A stretch of DNA of 64,000 nucleotides from contig JADQBG010000010.1 of assembly GCA_016278725.1 (NCBI GenBank), forward strand, positions 112,229 to 176,228, read 5' to 3'. Below the pieces are notes generated by a model that saw only the letters and a list, made by a program, of their open reading frames with translations, did no database searches and was not told the DNA's origin. Positions 9,118 to 18,303 of the stretch are shown in pieces. A program made the position numbers and the translations under genes. Numbering within the stretch: the stretch's first letter is position 1; each line of letters starts with the position of its first letter. This DNA comes from Actinomycetota bacterium (GTDB lineage: Bacteria; Actinomycetota; Thermoleophilia; RBG-16-64-13).

Positions 9118-10281
9118 CTAGATCTTCTGAGCCAGGAAGTAGACCATTTTGGCCATCTGCCCCCGGGTGGCGTAATCGTGCGGGCGGTAGGTGCCGTCGG
9201 AGTAGCCGCCAAGAATGCCGTTGTGTTTGGCGATGGCGATGGCTTCTTTGAACTCGGCGCTCAGGTTGCCCATGTCGGAAAAGCCGGGATCGAGGGTGGC
9301 CGGGACCTCGAGGCGGCCCTCGGCCGCGCGGACCACCATCACCGCGAGTTGCGCGCGGGTGATGCGGTCAAAGGGGCCGAAGGTGCCGTCCGGCCGGCCC
9401 TTGACGATCCCGCGGTGGGCCGCCTCCTCGACGAAGTCGTGGGGGTATTCGCCATCCGGCGGTACGTCGCTGAAGCAGCTATGGGAGGGGCGCTCGTCTT
9501 CCTGGGTGTGAAAGCCCACGGCCCCGGTCACGATCTTCGCAAACTGCGCCCGCAAGAGATGATCGTTTATGCCGAAGCGGCCGTCCGGGTAGCCACCCAC
9601 GAGCCCCTCGTCCTTCAGGGACTCGATGTAGCCCGCAAAAACATGGTCCGGGGCCACGTCGCGGAAGGGGCCGCCCAGATCCAAGAACGGATCGTAAGCG
9701 GTCGAGTCGACGGCGGCGCCGAAATCGGTCGTCCAGTACCAGCCGTACCGCGATCCCGGGGCATAGACTCGAGCGATACCAATCTCGCGAAAGTAGGAAC
9801 GAAGCATGTTGGCATTGTGGCCGGAAGACGTCTTCCACATAATGAACGCCTCGAGTGCCGAGTCCACTCCGGCTGCCAAATTCTCGCCGCTGGTGTCGGC
9901 GCCACCGTAACCGTCCGCCCGCAACCGCTGGTAGAACTCATAGCCTGAAGGATAGTAGCTCGAGCTCTGCGTTTCGTGGCTGAAGTATCCGTACCTGCCC
10001 ATGTCTTCGCTGTGATGCTCGGCGCTGATTGAAAGCTGAGGCGAGAGCAGCAACTTGCCCTGCCCGTTGGCCGCCCGGTGGGAGTTGATCTGCTTGAGGA
10101 AGTTCAGTTCTTCCTGGTCGAAATCCACCGCCAGAGCGACTGTGGGGACGGCAAGAAGCATCGCCATCAGTAGAGCCAGCACTGCGGCGAAGGTCAAGAG
10201 AGCGACCCGGCGGGAGGCGGGTGCGGCTGTCGCCTCGGTGATTCGCTTCGCCTGCTCTCCCCTGAAACCCATCTTGCGCAT
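9118..10281 (-). CDS. Secreted CAP/SCP domain protein with three SLH domains
   Basis: CAP motifs IN.HR, HSEDM..FSH, GENLAAG, W..S.GHNANML. SLH repeats F.DV..G...GYPDG.F..RAQ. Confidence 0.9.
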   Translation of the reverse strand: MRKMGFRGEQAKRITEATAAPASRRVALLTFAAVLALLMAMLLAVPTVALAVDFDQEELNFLKQINSHRAANGQGKLLLSPQLSISAEHHSEDMGRYGYFSHETQSSSYYPSGYEFYQRLRADGYGGADTSGENLAAGVDSALEAFIMWKTSSGHNANMLRSYFREIGIARVYAPGSRYGWYWTTDFGAAVDSTAYDPFLDLGGPFRDVAPDHVFAGYIESLKDEGLVGGYPDGRFGINDHLLRAQFAKIVTGAVGFHTQEDERPSHSCFSDVPPDGEYPHDFVEEAAHRGIVKGRPDGTFGPFDRITRAQLAVMVVRAAEGRLEVPATLDPGFSDMGNLSAEFKEAIAIAKHNGILGGYSDGTYRPHDYATRGQMAKMVYFLAQKI

Positions 10282-10313
10282 AGTGCCCCTCGCTTTTTCG
10301 CCTGGTTCTCTCT

Positions 10314-10341
10314 TAATCGGCAGGGACGACTTTTCTCTTTA
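10314..10341 (-). promoter_or_regulatory. Sigma-28 (FliA/SigD/WhiG)-type promoter
   Basis: TAAA-16 nt-GCCGATTA, 32 nt upstream of the CAP-SLH start codon. Confidence 0.65.
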
Positions 10342-10521
10342 ACGCCAATCGATATCGTATGAGTAGAATCGATGCGAAATTCGACTCCCATGCTGGAACG
10401 ACGGGGGTCGGCGAAAGGCACGGCGCGCGAGGGACGATTGCGCGCGAGGCAAAGCGAGAGGCTGAACCTAAAACGCGAAGCCGACGCGGCTCCCCGCGGT
10501 CGCGAGAGCGGCCGGCAGGCC

Positions 10522-12429
10522 TTACTGCAGCTGCATAATCCGGGAGAGCAGCGCGGCGATGTGCTGGCGGGTGATCGGCTCGTCGGGCTTCAGCAGCAGA
10601 AGGCTGGGCTCGATGGGGTCGCTGTACCCTCTGAGCACGCCCAGAGAGTTCAGGTAATTTACGGCGCCGCGGTGCACGTTGTCGGCGGTGACGTCGGCGA
10701 ACACCTCGCGGCCGGCATGCCCGGTGCTCTCTTCCTCCCAGTCCATGGCTCGGACGATCATGCTCGCCACCTGATCGCGGCGGATGGAGCGGTGGGGATC
10801 GAAGCGCTCAGCGGATACTCCCTGGACGATGCCGGCCGTCTTGGCGGCCGCCACCCAATCGGAGACGTCCCCGGTCACGCCGCTTTGGGCGGCGACGTCA
10901 GGGAACGGCGGCTGCGACACGTCCACCAGGGGGATCAGGGCCTCCGGAAAGAGCGCATTGTGCAGGCCCACCGCCATCTTGGCGAACTGCCAGCGCGTCG
11001 CCGGATTGTCGGGCTTGAACTCGTCCGTGGGATACCCGTTCACCAGACCGGCGCCCGCTATCCGCATGATCTCCTCGTAGTAGAGGTGCCCCACGGGCAC
11101 GTCGGAGAAGCCGGGGTTGTCGATCCTCGTGAACAGGGTCGACCTCATGGACCCGTAACCGAATCTCGCCCTCAGGTCGTCCGCCCGGACCAGAGCAGTG
11201 CCCGCGCTCCCCGTGACTTCGAGCGTGCGGGCATGACTGCCGGAGTCCGACGTGTCGCGCTCGGCCACCTCGATGCGGCTGACGGTGCCCACGGAGACGG
11301 TTCCTCCGCCCACCCGGCTCATGCCGTTGATCTCGGCGCTGAGTTCGGCTTGAGAGACCGCGAAATCCCATTCGTAACCCGGATTCGACAACGGGGCCAG
11401 CAGGCTCCAGGGATCCGCTTTGGCCCGCAGATAGCCGGGAGGATTTTGACCCCAAACCGTGGTGTAGCCGCCCGAGTTCGAGGAGTAGTAGGTGCTCACC
11501 AACTCGCCCTGATAGCGAAGCACTTCATTGCGCGTCTCCTCGGCGGCCTGCCTGATCCCCGGGTTGGCAGCCTCGAAGTCGTACCCGCGATAGACCTGGT
11601 CCCATTGGTTGTCGTTCAGGTACGGGTCGCGGTTGGCCATCGCGTAGGTGCGTGCGGCGACCGCCTGCGCTTTCACCGCCTCGAAGGCGTAATCGTTTGG
11701 CATGTCCTCGCGGGCCCACTCCGGATAGACCTCAGCGATGGCTCTGACGTAGCCCTCGAGAGTCACTTGGTTGAGGGCCGCGAGCGAACCAGCGGTCGCG
11801 GATGGCTCGACCTCGAGTTTGCCCCGGTACTTGCGAGGTCCGTAAGAACTACCCCCGGCGGCAAGGGTGACCTCGAACACCGGACCCATGTCCCCAGGGT
11901 CGGGGCGGACGGAGACCGCGTCGGCGGTGCGTGCGCCGAAGGCGCCCCGAGCCAGAACACCGCCGCCTGAGCTTGGCTCCAGCGAGACCTCCTGGCCGAT
12001 TTCCACCCGAAGCAAGTCCTCGCCCGCGCCCTCGGTCTTTAGGACAAGGGTTAGGGGCGCGCCCAGCGGGGCGGCCGGCGGCCTCACTCTGATCGCGGTG
12101 AAATTCTGGGTTATCGAGGAGACGCTCTTTGCGGGCTCGCTCGACAACCGCACCATTATCTCCGGGTTGGGCGGGTCGAGCGGGCTGAGTTCCGTGCCCT
12201 CGTAGTAGAAACCGAGGATTTCCGGATAGAGGACGCCCTGCCGGGCCGCCGCCCACGCTCCCCACTGGCTCATGCCCACGGCGTGGCCGTAACCAAGGCC
12301 GTGGAAGACGAACTCATCCGTCGTCCCGGCCTCCGCCACAGAAGGCGCGAACGGGGAACCCACCACGAGAAACAGCGAGAGGGCCAGTCCGAGTAGCCCG
12401 AACCGGACGGTTTGGCGCAGTCGGTTCAC
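10522..12429 (-). CDS. SpoIID/LytB lytic transglycosylase with SLH domains
   Basis: GLGYGHAVGMSQWGA, LEGYVRAIAEV, EAVKAQAVAARTYA and QVYRG motifs; C-terminal SLH repeats; signal peptide. Confidence 0.92.
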   Translation of the reverse strand: MNRLRQTVRFGLLGLALSLFLVVGSPFAPSVAEAGTTDEFVFHGLGYGHAVGMSQWGAWAAARQGVLYPEILGFYYEGTELSPLDPPNPEIMVRLSSEPAKSVSSITQNFTAIRVRPPAAPLGAPLTLVLKTEGAGEDLLRVEIGQEVSLEPSSGGGVLARGAFGARTADAVSVRPDPGDMGPVFEVTLAAGGSSYGPRKYRGKLEVEPSATAGSLAALNQVTLEGYVRAIAEVYPEWAREDMPNDYAFEAVKAQAVAARTYAMANRDPYLNDNQWDQVYRGYDFEAANPGIRQAAEETRNEVLRYQGELVSTYYSSNSGGYTTVWGQNPPGYLRAKADPWSLLAPLSNPGYEWDFAVSQAELSAEINGMSRVGGGTVSVGTVSRIEVAERDTSDSGSHARTLEVTGSAGTALVRADDLRARFGYGSMRSTLFTRIDNPGFSDVPVGHLYYEEIMRIAGAGLVNGYPTDEFKPDNPATRWQFAKMAVGLHNALFPEALIPLVDVSQPPFPDVAAQSGVTGDVSDWVAAAKTAGIVQGVSAERFDPHRSIRRDQVASMIVRAMDWEEESTGHAGREVFADVTADNVHRGAVNYLNSLGVLRGYSDPIEPSLLLLKPDEPITRQHIAALLSRIMQLQ

Positions 12430-12433
12430 ACCC

Positions 12434-14023
12434 CTATTGGATGACGTAGCCCAGGTCGAAATAATCCACTATCCCCTGTGCGATGGCCTTACCCGCACGC
12501 TGCCGGTAAACCGGATCTTTGAGCCGGGCCTCTTCTTCGGCGTTGGTGAGAAAGCCCACTTCGACCAGGGCCGCGGGCATCTTCGTGTTGGCCAGGACAT
12601 AGAGATTCTTCCAGTGCGTGCGCGCGCCTCGGTCCACGGTGCTCAGCTCTTCCAAAACGGCGTTCTGGATGGCCTCGGCAAGGCGCCGGCCCTCCGCGGA
12701 GTACGTCTGCTGGTCGCCCCAGTAGTAAGTCTCCGTTCCTTCTGAAGCGGGATCCGCAGCATTGTTGTGGATGGAGACAAAGATGTCGGCACCGGCCGCA
12801 TTCGCTAGGTCCGCCCGCTCTTTGAGGGTGGGATAGCTGTCGTCCCTGCGGGTCATGAGGGGCTCCACCCCGGCCCTCAGCAGATACTTCTCCACCTCGA
12901 GGCCGATGGCCAGATTTGCGTCCTTCTCGAGCAGGCCGGTGATACCGGTAGCTCCATTGTCGGTGCCCCCGTGACCCGGATCGACCACCACCAAGGGCTT
13001 GCCCGTTCCGTAGTCGACCTTCCGGTAGATGTCGATGACGAGACGGTCCCCCAGGCCGTTGGAGGGAGCCATGGCGAAGACTTCGTAGTCCGTGTAGCTC
13101 TTCAGGGAAATGCGCAGTTGGATGCGCGGAGAGCTGAAGCCCGTCTGCTTGAGGCTGATCGAGCCCGCCTCGGACGAGATCAGGTCCAGGGTACGCTCAC
13201 CCTCGGCCACCGCGGCTTGATCGACGTCCACGATCAGGGTTTGACCCTCGACGCGGGGGCTCGCCTTGCCGGGCTTTCGGCTAAGGTCGAGGACTATGCG
13301 GGTCTTGTCCAGGTGTTCGGCGCTGTAGCGCACGTCTTCGACGACGGCCAGCCGTTCCAACTGCGCGCGGTAAGCCACCATGCAAAAGTGGGCGCGGCTG
13401 GTCTGTTTGGTGGGCATCAGGTATCCGCGAGTGTCGCCTTTGAGCAGGCCTTTCATCACGGCGAGGGCGACGTATTTCTCGGCCTGGCCGCTGACCTGCC
13501 CGCCATCCTCAAAACTGCCGAGTACCTCGCGCACCTTGCTCGAGCTCAAGGCTTCCGCCGCTGCTCCCCATCCGGCACTCCTGACAATCAGCACGGCCAT
13601 GTGCTGGCGCTGGAGCGAGTCGTAGGGACGGAAGGTCCCATCCGGGTATCCCGACACCCAGTCTTGGTTGGCGGCGGCCTGAACGTAACCTCGATACTGG
13701 GAGTCGACGTCGCGGAAGGTGAAGCCCGAGGTGGGTATTGCGATCCCCTTTTGCTCGGCCAGGACTTTGGCCGCCTGCGCCCGGGTCACCCCGGTCTGCG
13801 GGCGGAAGTATCCGTCCCCGAACCCGTCGAGCACCCCGGCGGCGGTCAGGAACTCGACCGCGACATGCTCTTCGGAAGTCGACGAGACGTCGGGGAAGGA
13901 AGAGGGGTGCGCCGCGGCGGGCCCGGCGGTTACGAGGCCGCCCGCCACCATCGCGCCCAGTAGCAAAAGCGCGAAGACCGGCCAAAGGGGTGGATGGAGT
14001 GTGTCTTTGTGCATCCCGAACAA
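12434..14023 (-). CDS. N-acetylmuramoyl-L-alanine amidase (SLH x3 + AMIN + Amidase_3)
   Basis: DPGHGG, EK..NL, SIHNNA and LVEVGF zinc/catalytic motifs; N-terminal SLH repeats; TRIVLDL..RLVID AMIN-like segment. Confidence 0.92.
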   Translation of the reverse strand: MFGMHKDTLHPPLWPVFALLLLGAMVAGGLVTAGPAAAHPSSFPDVSSTSEEHVAVEFLTAAGVLDGFGDGYFRPQTGVTRAQAAKVLAEQKGIAIPTSGFTFRDVDSQYRGYVQAAANQDWVSGYPDGTFRPYDSLQRQHMAVLIVRSAGWGAAAEALSSSKVREVLGSFEDGGQVSGQAEKYVALAVMKGLLKGDTRGYLMPTKQTSRAHFCMVAYRAQLERLAVVEDVRYSAEHLDKTRIVLDLSRKPGKASPRVEGQTLIVDVDQAAVAEGERTLDLISSEAGSISLKQTGFSSPRIQLRISLKSYTDYEVFAMAPSNGLGDRLVIDIYRKVDYGTGKPLVVVDPGHGGTDNGATGITGLLEKDANLAIGLEVEKYLLRAGVEPLMTRRDDSYPTLKERADLANAAGADIFVSIHNNAADPASEGTETYYWGDQQTYSAEGRRLAEAIQNAVLEELSTVDRGARTHWKNLYVLANTKMPAALVEVGFLTNAEEEARLKDPVYRQRAGKAIAQGIVDYFDLGYVIQ

Positions 14024-14044
14024 TATTGCTCCTCCCGCCCCGGG

Positions 14045-15424
14045 TTAGGAGACCGGTGCTGCGAGTTCCGTTTCCATCGTACGCAAGGCCCGGGCGATGA
14101 CCACTGCCGTATGCATCCGCCAAGTCGTGGCCTCCGGGTCGAAGCTTCCGTCGCTCCGTCCCTTGATGACGCCCGCCTGGACCACGCGGGAGATCTCCCC
14201 AGCCGCCCAGTAATCGGTGGTCAAATCCCAAAATGGCGGATTCTCGGGCGCCAGGTGCTGGACTTCGGCCGTTTGCCCGGCCGCCAGGTCGAGCACCCGG
14301 CAGATCATCGCCGCCATTTGCGCGCGGGTTATGGATTCATCGGGAGAGAATTCGCTGCCGTCGCCGACCCCTCTGACGACTCCCAGAGCGGCCGCCGTGG
14401 CGATCTCGTCGTGCGCCCAGTAACTATCCGCCACATCGACGAACTTCGGGGGCTCGGACTGTGTGAGCGCAGGCATCTGTCCGGCGAAGGCCCGCACCAC
14501 CATCGCCGCAAACTGTGCCCGGGTGACCATTGACTCGGGATAGAAGTAGCCGTCGCCGGCACCCTTGACTATCTCGCGCTCGTAGAGCCACATCAGGTCA
14601 TCGAAGAACCAGTCGCTCTCCCAGACGTCCTTGAACACGCGGGGAGGTCCGAGTTCGGCCAACGTGGGCGCCGCCATCAACGATGCGTACGGATCGACCG
14701 CGCTGGCGCCCTTATCGGCATAGCCGCCGAGGTGAAGTTCGAAGTGCAGATGTGAGGCGGTGGACTCGGCGTTCCCGCTGTCTCCCACGTAGCCGATCAT
14801 CTGACCCTGGGTGACGTGAACCCCATTGGTGAGTCCCGGAGCGTAGGCGTAGCGCACTCCGCCCTTGCCGTCGTCCGTTCCCGGGGTGTCGTTGTTCAGG
14901 TGAATGTAGAAGTAGTCATTGCCGTCGTCCCCGCGCAGCATGATGTTGAAGGAGGGCACGCCGTTGTAGCTGGAGACTTCCTCCTCCATGTTCAACCACT
15001 CCACGGTTCCGTCGACCACGGCAAGGAGAGGGGTCATCTTGGGGGCCATCAGATCATTACCGCGATGAGTCCTGGCTCCGCCGTCCCGCGCCGCGCCCCA
15101 GGTGTTTTCCCAGACGATCCTTTCCTCCATGGGAAACAGGATGGGCACCACCGGGGCGGTCTCCTGCGCGGCGAAGCTGGCACCCTCGCTGGTCGTCGGG
15201 CTGATCAAGGCTCCGTCGTAAGGCGGATCCATCTCCTCGGCCGTCGGAACCCCCTCTGCGGCAAAAGCGGCCGAAGACGCGGCCAGCGCAAGTAGGACGG
15301 CAAAGGCGAGCGCCAGCATCAGCGGAAACCGCCTCAAGACCACTCGTGGAGCCGACCCGCGGTTGGCGGACTCCCTGCCGGGCCGTCGGCCAAGTGCTTT
15401 CGAGATCCCAGACATCTCGTTCAT
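14045..15424 (-). CDS. M23 family peptidase with three SLH domains
   Basis: HRGND, YIHL, IGYVGDSGNA and HLHFE motifs; C-terminal SLH repeats with TRAQ. Confidence 0.92.
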   Translation of the reverse strand: MNEMSGISKALGRRPGRESANRGSAPRVVLRRFPLMLALAFAVLLALAASSAAFAAEGVPTAEEMDPPYDGALISPTTSEGASFAAQETAPVVPILFPMEERIVWENTWGAARDGGARTHRGNDLMAPKMTPLLAVVDGTVEWLNMEEEVSSYNGVPSFNIMLRGDDGNDYFYIHLNNDTPGTDDGKGGVRYAYAPGLTNGVHVTQGQMIGYVGDSGNAESTASHLHFELHLGGYADKGASAVDPYASLMAAPTLAELGPPRVFKDVWESDWFFDDLMWLYEREIVKGAGDGYFYPESMVTRAQFAAMVVRAFAGQMPALTQSEPPKFVDVADSYWAHDEIATAAALGVVRGVGDGSEFSPDESITRAQMAAMICRVLDLAAGQTAEVQHLAPENPPFWDLTTDYWAAGEISRVVQAGVIKGRSDGSFDPEATTWRMHTAVVIARALRTMETELAAPVS

Positions 15425-15453
15425 GTTCTCGGTCCCTCCTTCGTCTCCTGCCT

Positions 15454-17103
15454 CTATCGGCGGCGGCGAACCGCGGAGGCTAACATATCCAGCGTTTCGC
15501 GGAGTTCGGGAAGCCGGATGATCCAGGCCAACCCCACGAACGAAAACGCGCCCCCGAACACCCCCAGGCCCACCCGCAGACCGAGTCCGCCGGTTCCGTC
15601 CACCGCGCCGGTTAGTATCGAATCGATGGCCCAGACGATGGCTCCCATGATCACGGCCGCCACCGTGGTGCGCGCGATGGAGGTGGCCAGCCGTCCGAAA
15701 CCCATGGGCCCCAGCTTGCGGCGCAGAAGCTCCACCAGCACCAAGAAATTGACGGTCAACGCGATCGTGGTTCCGAGCGCGAGGCCGCCAACTCCCAGGA
15801 ACAACATCAGCACGATGGAGACCGCGATGTTGAGAAACACCGTGGCCACGCTGATTTTAACGGGCGTGCGGGTGTCGTGATACGCGTAGAAGACGCGGGT
15901 GAGCGTGTCCCGGCCGGCGTAAGAGAAAAGCCCGAGCGAGTAGAAGAGCAAAGCGAACGCCGTTCTCTCGGTGTCGGCGGCGGCGAACTTGCCGTGCTCG
16001 AAAAGCAGGGCGACGATCGGCTCGCGCAACACCACCAGTCCCGCGGTGGCGGGGATCATGACAAAGGCGATCAGCCGAAGGGCGAAATTGAGCGTGGCCT
16101 TGAGCCGCTCAGGTTGATTGGCGGCCACGTGCTCCGACAGAAGCGGAAAGATCGGCACGGTGATGCCGGCCACGAACAGGCCCAGGGGAAGCTGGAACAG
16201 CTTCTCGGAATAACTGAGCGCCGAGACCGCCCCCTCGGGCAGCGTGGAAGCCAGAGTCTGGTCGGCGAAGATGCTCACCTTGCCGACGGCGGAGCCGATC
16301 AGGATGGGCCAGACCAGCATGCCCACGTGCCGCATGCCCGGTTCCTGCCAGTCGATACGCGCCCGCAGCCGCATGCCCTCTTTGCGCATCTGCGGCAGCA
16401 GTATGAGGAGCGAGGCCATGGCTCCCAGGGTGGTGCCCACCGCCAGGCTGGTGATCCCCCAGGATTCCTGGAAGAGCACCACGAAAAGCACGGCCAGCGC
16501 AGCGGCGGCCGAGGTGGAGAAGGCCGGCAGGCCGAAATGCTTGAGCGAATTGAGTACGCCGATGGCCAACCCCGCAAGTCCGGTGAAGATGACCCCCGGC
16601 ACGAGAATGCGGAACAAGAAGACGGCCTGATCCGCGGTCTCCTGGTCAAAGCCAAAACCCACCAGGGGAATGATCAGCGGCGCGGCCAGGATCAGGACCA
16701 CCGTAAGCAGCACCAGAACCAAACCGATCGCGTTGATCATATTGCCCGCCAGGCTCCACGCCCGTTCCCGGTCCCCTTTGACCAGACGTTGGGTGAAGAC
16801 CGGGATGAAGGTGGCGGTCAAAGCCCCTCCCACGGTCAGGGAAAGCAAAAAGGGGACCTTGTAGGCGAGGAAGAAGGCGTCGGTCGAGGCGCCCATCCCG
16901 AAGTAGAAGGCGACGACCTGATCTCGCACCAGACCGATGAGCCGCCCGAAGACGGTGGCCCCGAGAATGACGAGTGCGGCTCTGCCCACCGTCCCCTTCA
17001 TGTTCCTGGTGGCGGCTTCGAGCCCCTCCTCGGGCGCGGGCACTTCCGCCTCCACGTCGACCCCCACCGACGGCATCGGGGGTTCACCGGAATCGAAAGC
17101 CAT
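15454..17103 (-). CDS. murJ: MurJ/MviN-family lipid-linked glycan flippase
   Basis: RLIGLVRD, DAFFLA..P, FIPVF, LSYSEKLFQLPLG and FYA..DTRTP motifs; about 14 TM helices. Confidence 0.9.
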   Translation of the reverse strand: MAFDSGEPPMPSVGVDVEAEVPAPEEGLEAATRNMKGTVGRAALVILGATVFGRLIGLVRDQVVAFYFGMGASTDAFFLAYKVPFLLSLTVGGALTATFIPVFTQRLVKGDRERAWSLAGNMINAIGLVLVLLTVVLILAAPLIIPLVGFGFDQETADQAVFLFRILVPGVIFTGLAGLAIGVLNSLKHFGLPAFSTSAAAALAVLFVVLFQESWGITSLAVGTTLGAMASLLILLPQMRKEGMRLRARIDWQEPGMRHVGMLVWPILIGSAVGKVSIFADQTLASTLPEGAVSALSYSEKLFQLPLGLFVAGITVPIFPLLSEHVAANQPERLKATLNFALRLIAFVMIPATAGLVVLREPIVALLFEHGKFAAADTERTAFALLFYSLGLFSYAGRDTLTRVFYAYHDTRTPVKISVATVFLNIAVSIVLMLFLGVGGLALGTTIALTVNFLVLVELLRRKLGPMGFGRLATSIARTTVAAVIMGAIVWAIDSILTGAVDGTGGLGLRVGLGVFGGAFSFVGLAWIIRLPELRETLDMLASAVRRRR

Positions 17104-18297
17104 CTAGATCTCTCGGCGGGCGAGGGCGACGGCCAGTCGGGCGGTCTCCCCGGATTCCTCTTTGAGCCGGCCGACCCGCGTGGACAGCCGGATGCGGCGC
17201 GACTCCGCGTTCTCCAGGGTGTCGTCCATCGCTTTCGTCAGCCGCTCCACGCCCTCAGGCCCCTCGAGCTCGTCCACGGAGACCGCCCAGGTGGTCTGTC
17301 CCGTTTGCTCGGCGAAAGCGGCCACCTTGGGGTCGTAGACCAAGGAGATAACCGGGGAGCCGCCGGAAGCGGCCAAGATGCCCGAGTGAAGCCGCATGGC
17401 CAAGACCGCGTCGGCTTCCCCCAGCAGCGCGACCGCGACCGCCGGCTCTTCCAGGAGAGGAGCCGCAGCCACCGACGTAGCGCCCCGGTGGGGCGAAAGG
17501 GAATCGGCGAGCCGAACGGCCAACTGCTCGGAGAGATCGCGGCAGAGGTCCACATCCTGGGTTGCGTGAAAAGGCACGAAGAGAACCTGATGCCCCCACC
17601 GCCGGACCACGCGTGCCAGCGCACCGAGGAGGCGCTCCTGATAAGTCTGGCGACCGAGCCAAGGACGGGGGCAGATGGCCAAATACGGCCGCGTAGGCTC
17701 CAGATCGGCCGCGAGCAGAACCTCTCGCGCCCGCTCCGAAGGGGCGGCCTTCAACGCATAGGCAGGATCGGGCACCACCCGCAGCAAGGGTGGGTGGGCG
17801 CCGAGTTCCAGCGCTAGCTGGGCCGAGGCCCGGTCCCGAAAGGTGACCACCTGGCTGTGGGATACCGCCAGGGACGCAAAAGTCCGAGCCGCCCCGGTGT
17901 GCAGCGGTCCCAACCCTTGTGCGTACCACATGACCGGCAGGCCGAGCGAGCGGGCAACGAATATCACCGAGAGGAAATAGGGGACCGGGCGCAGCTTTCC
18001 CTCCCGCCACAAGAACGAACGTCCGTGCTGCTCGAAGTCGGCTTCGTGCAGGAAACTACCGCCCCCGCTGATAAGCAGATCGTGGCCTCGCATAAGCTCG
18101 GCAAGCCGCGCGGGGTGCCGAAGCGAAGTCGGAGCGCTTCTCACGCCGTGGCGGCGCCGAGTGTCCTCGGGATCGAAGGAGAGCACCGTGAACCGGGCGT
18201 GGCAGTCGAGAGCCTCGACCTCCTGCAGGATACCGGCCAGGATGGCCTCGTCTCCCAGATTCCCCTCGCCGTAGTAGCCGCTGATCAGGTATCGCAT
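17104..18297 (-). CDS. csaB: Polysaccharide pyruvyltransferase CsaB
   Basis: ISGYYGEGNLGDEAIL, ISGGGS, QGLGP, FRD..S, VPDPA, MRLH and YDPKV motifs; context of SLH proteins. Confidence 0.9.
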   Translation of the reverse strand: MRYLISGYYGEGNLGDEAILAGILQEVEALDCHARFTVLSFDPEDTRRRHGVRSAPTSLRHPARLAELMRGHDLLISGGGSFLHEADFEQHGRSFLWREGKLRPVPYFLSVIFVARSLGLPVMWYAQGLGPLHTGAARTFASLAVSHSQVVTFRDRASAQLALELGAHPPLLRVVPDPAYALKAAPSERAREVLLAADLEPTRPYLAICPRPWLGRQTYQERLLGALARVVRRWGHQVLFVPFHATQDVDLCRDLSEQLAVRLADSLSPHRGATSVAAAPLLEEPAVAVALLGEADAVLAMRLHSGILAASGGSPVISLVYDPKVAAFAEQTGQTTWAVSVDELEGPEGVERLTKAMDDTLENAESRRIRLSTRVGRLKEESGETARLAVALARREI

Positions 18298-18303
18298 CCG
18301 GCT

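Noticed and set aside
15454..15485. Additional sigma-28 promoter (GCCGATAG) upstream of the M23 gene
   Set aside because: No -35 element at 16-nt spacing; the match is explained by the Arg codons and stop codon of murJ.
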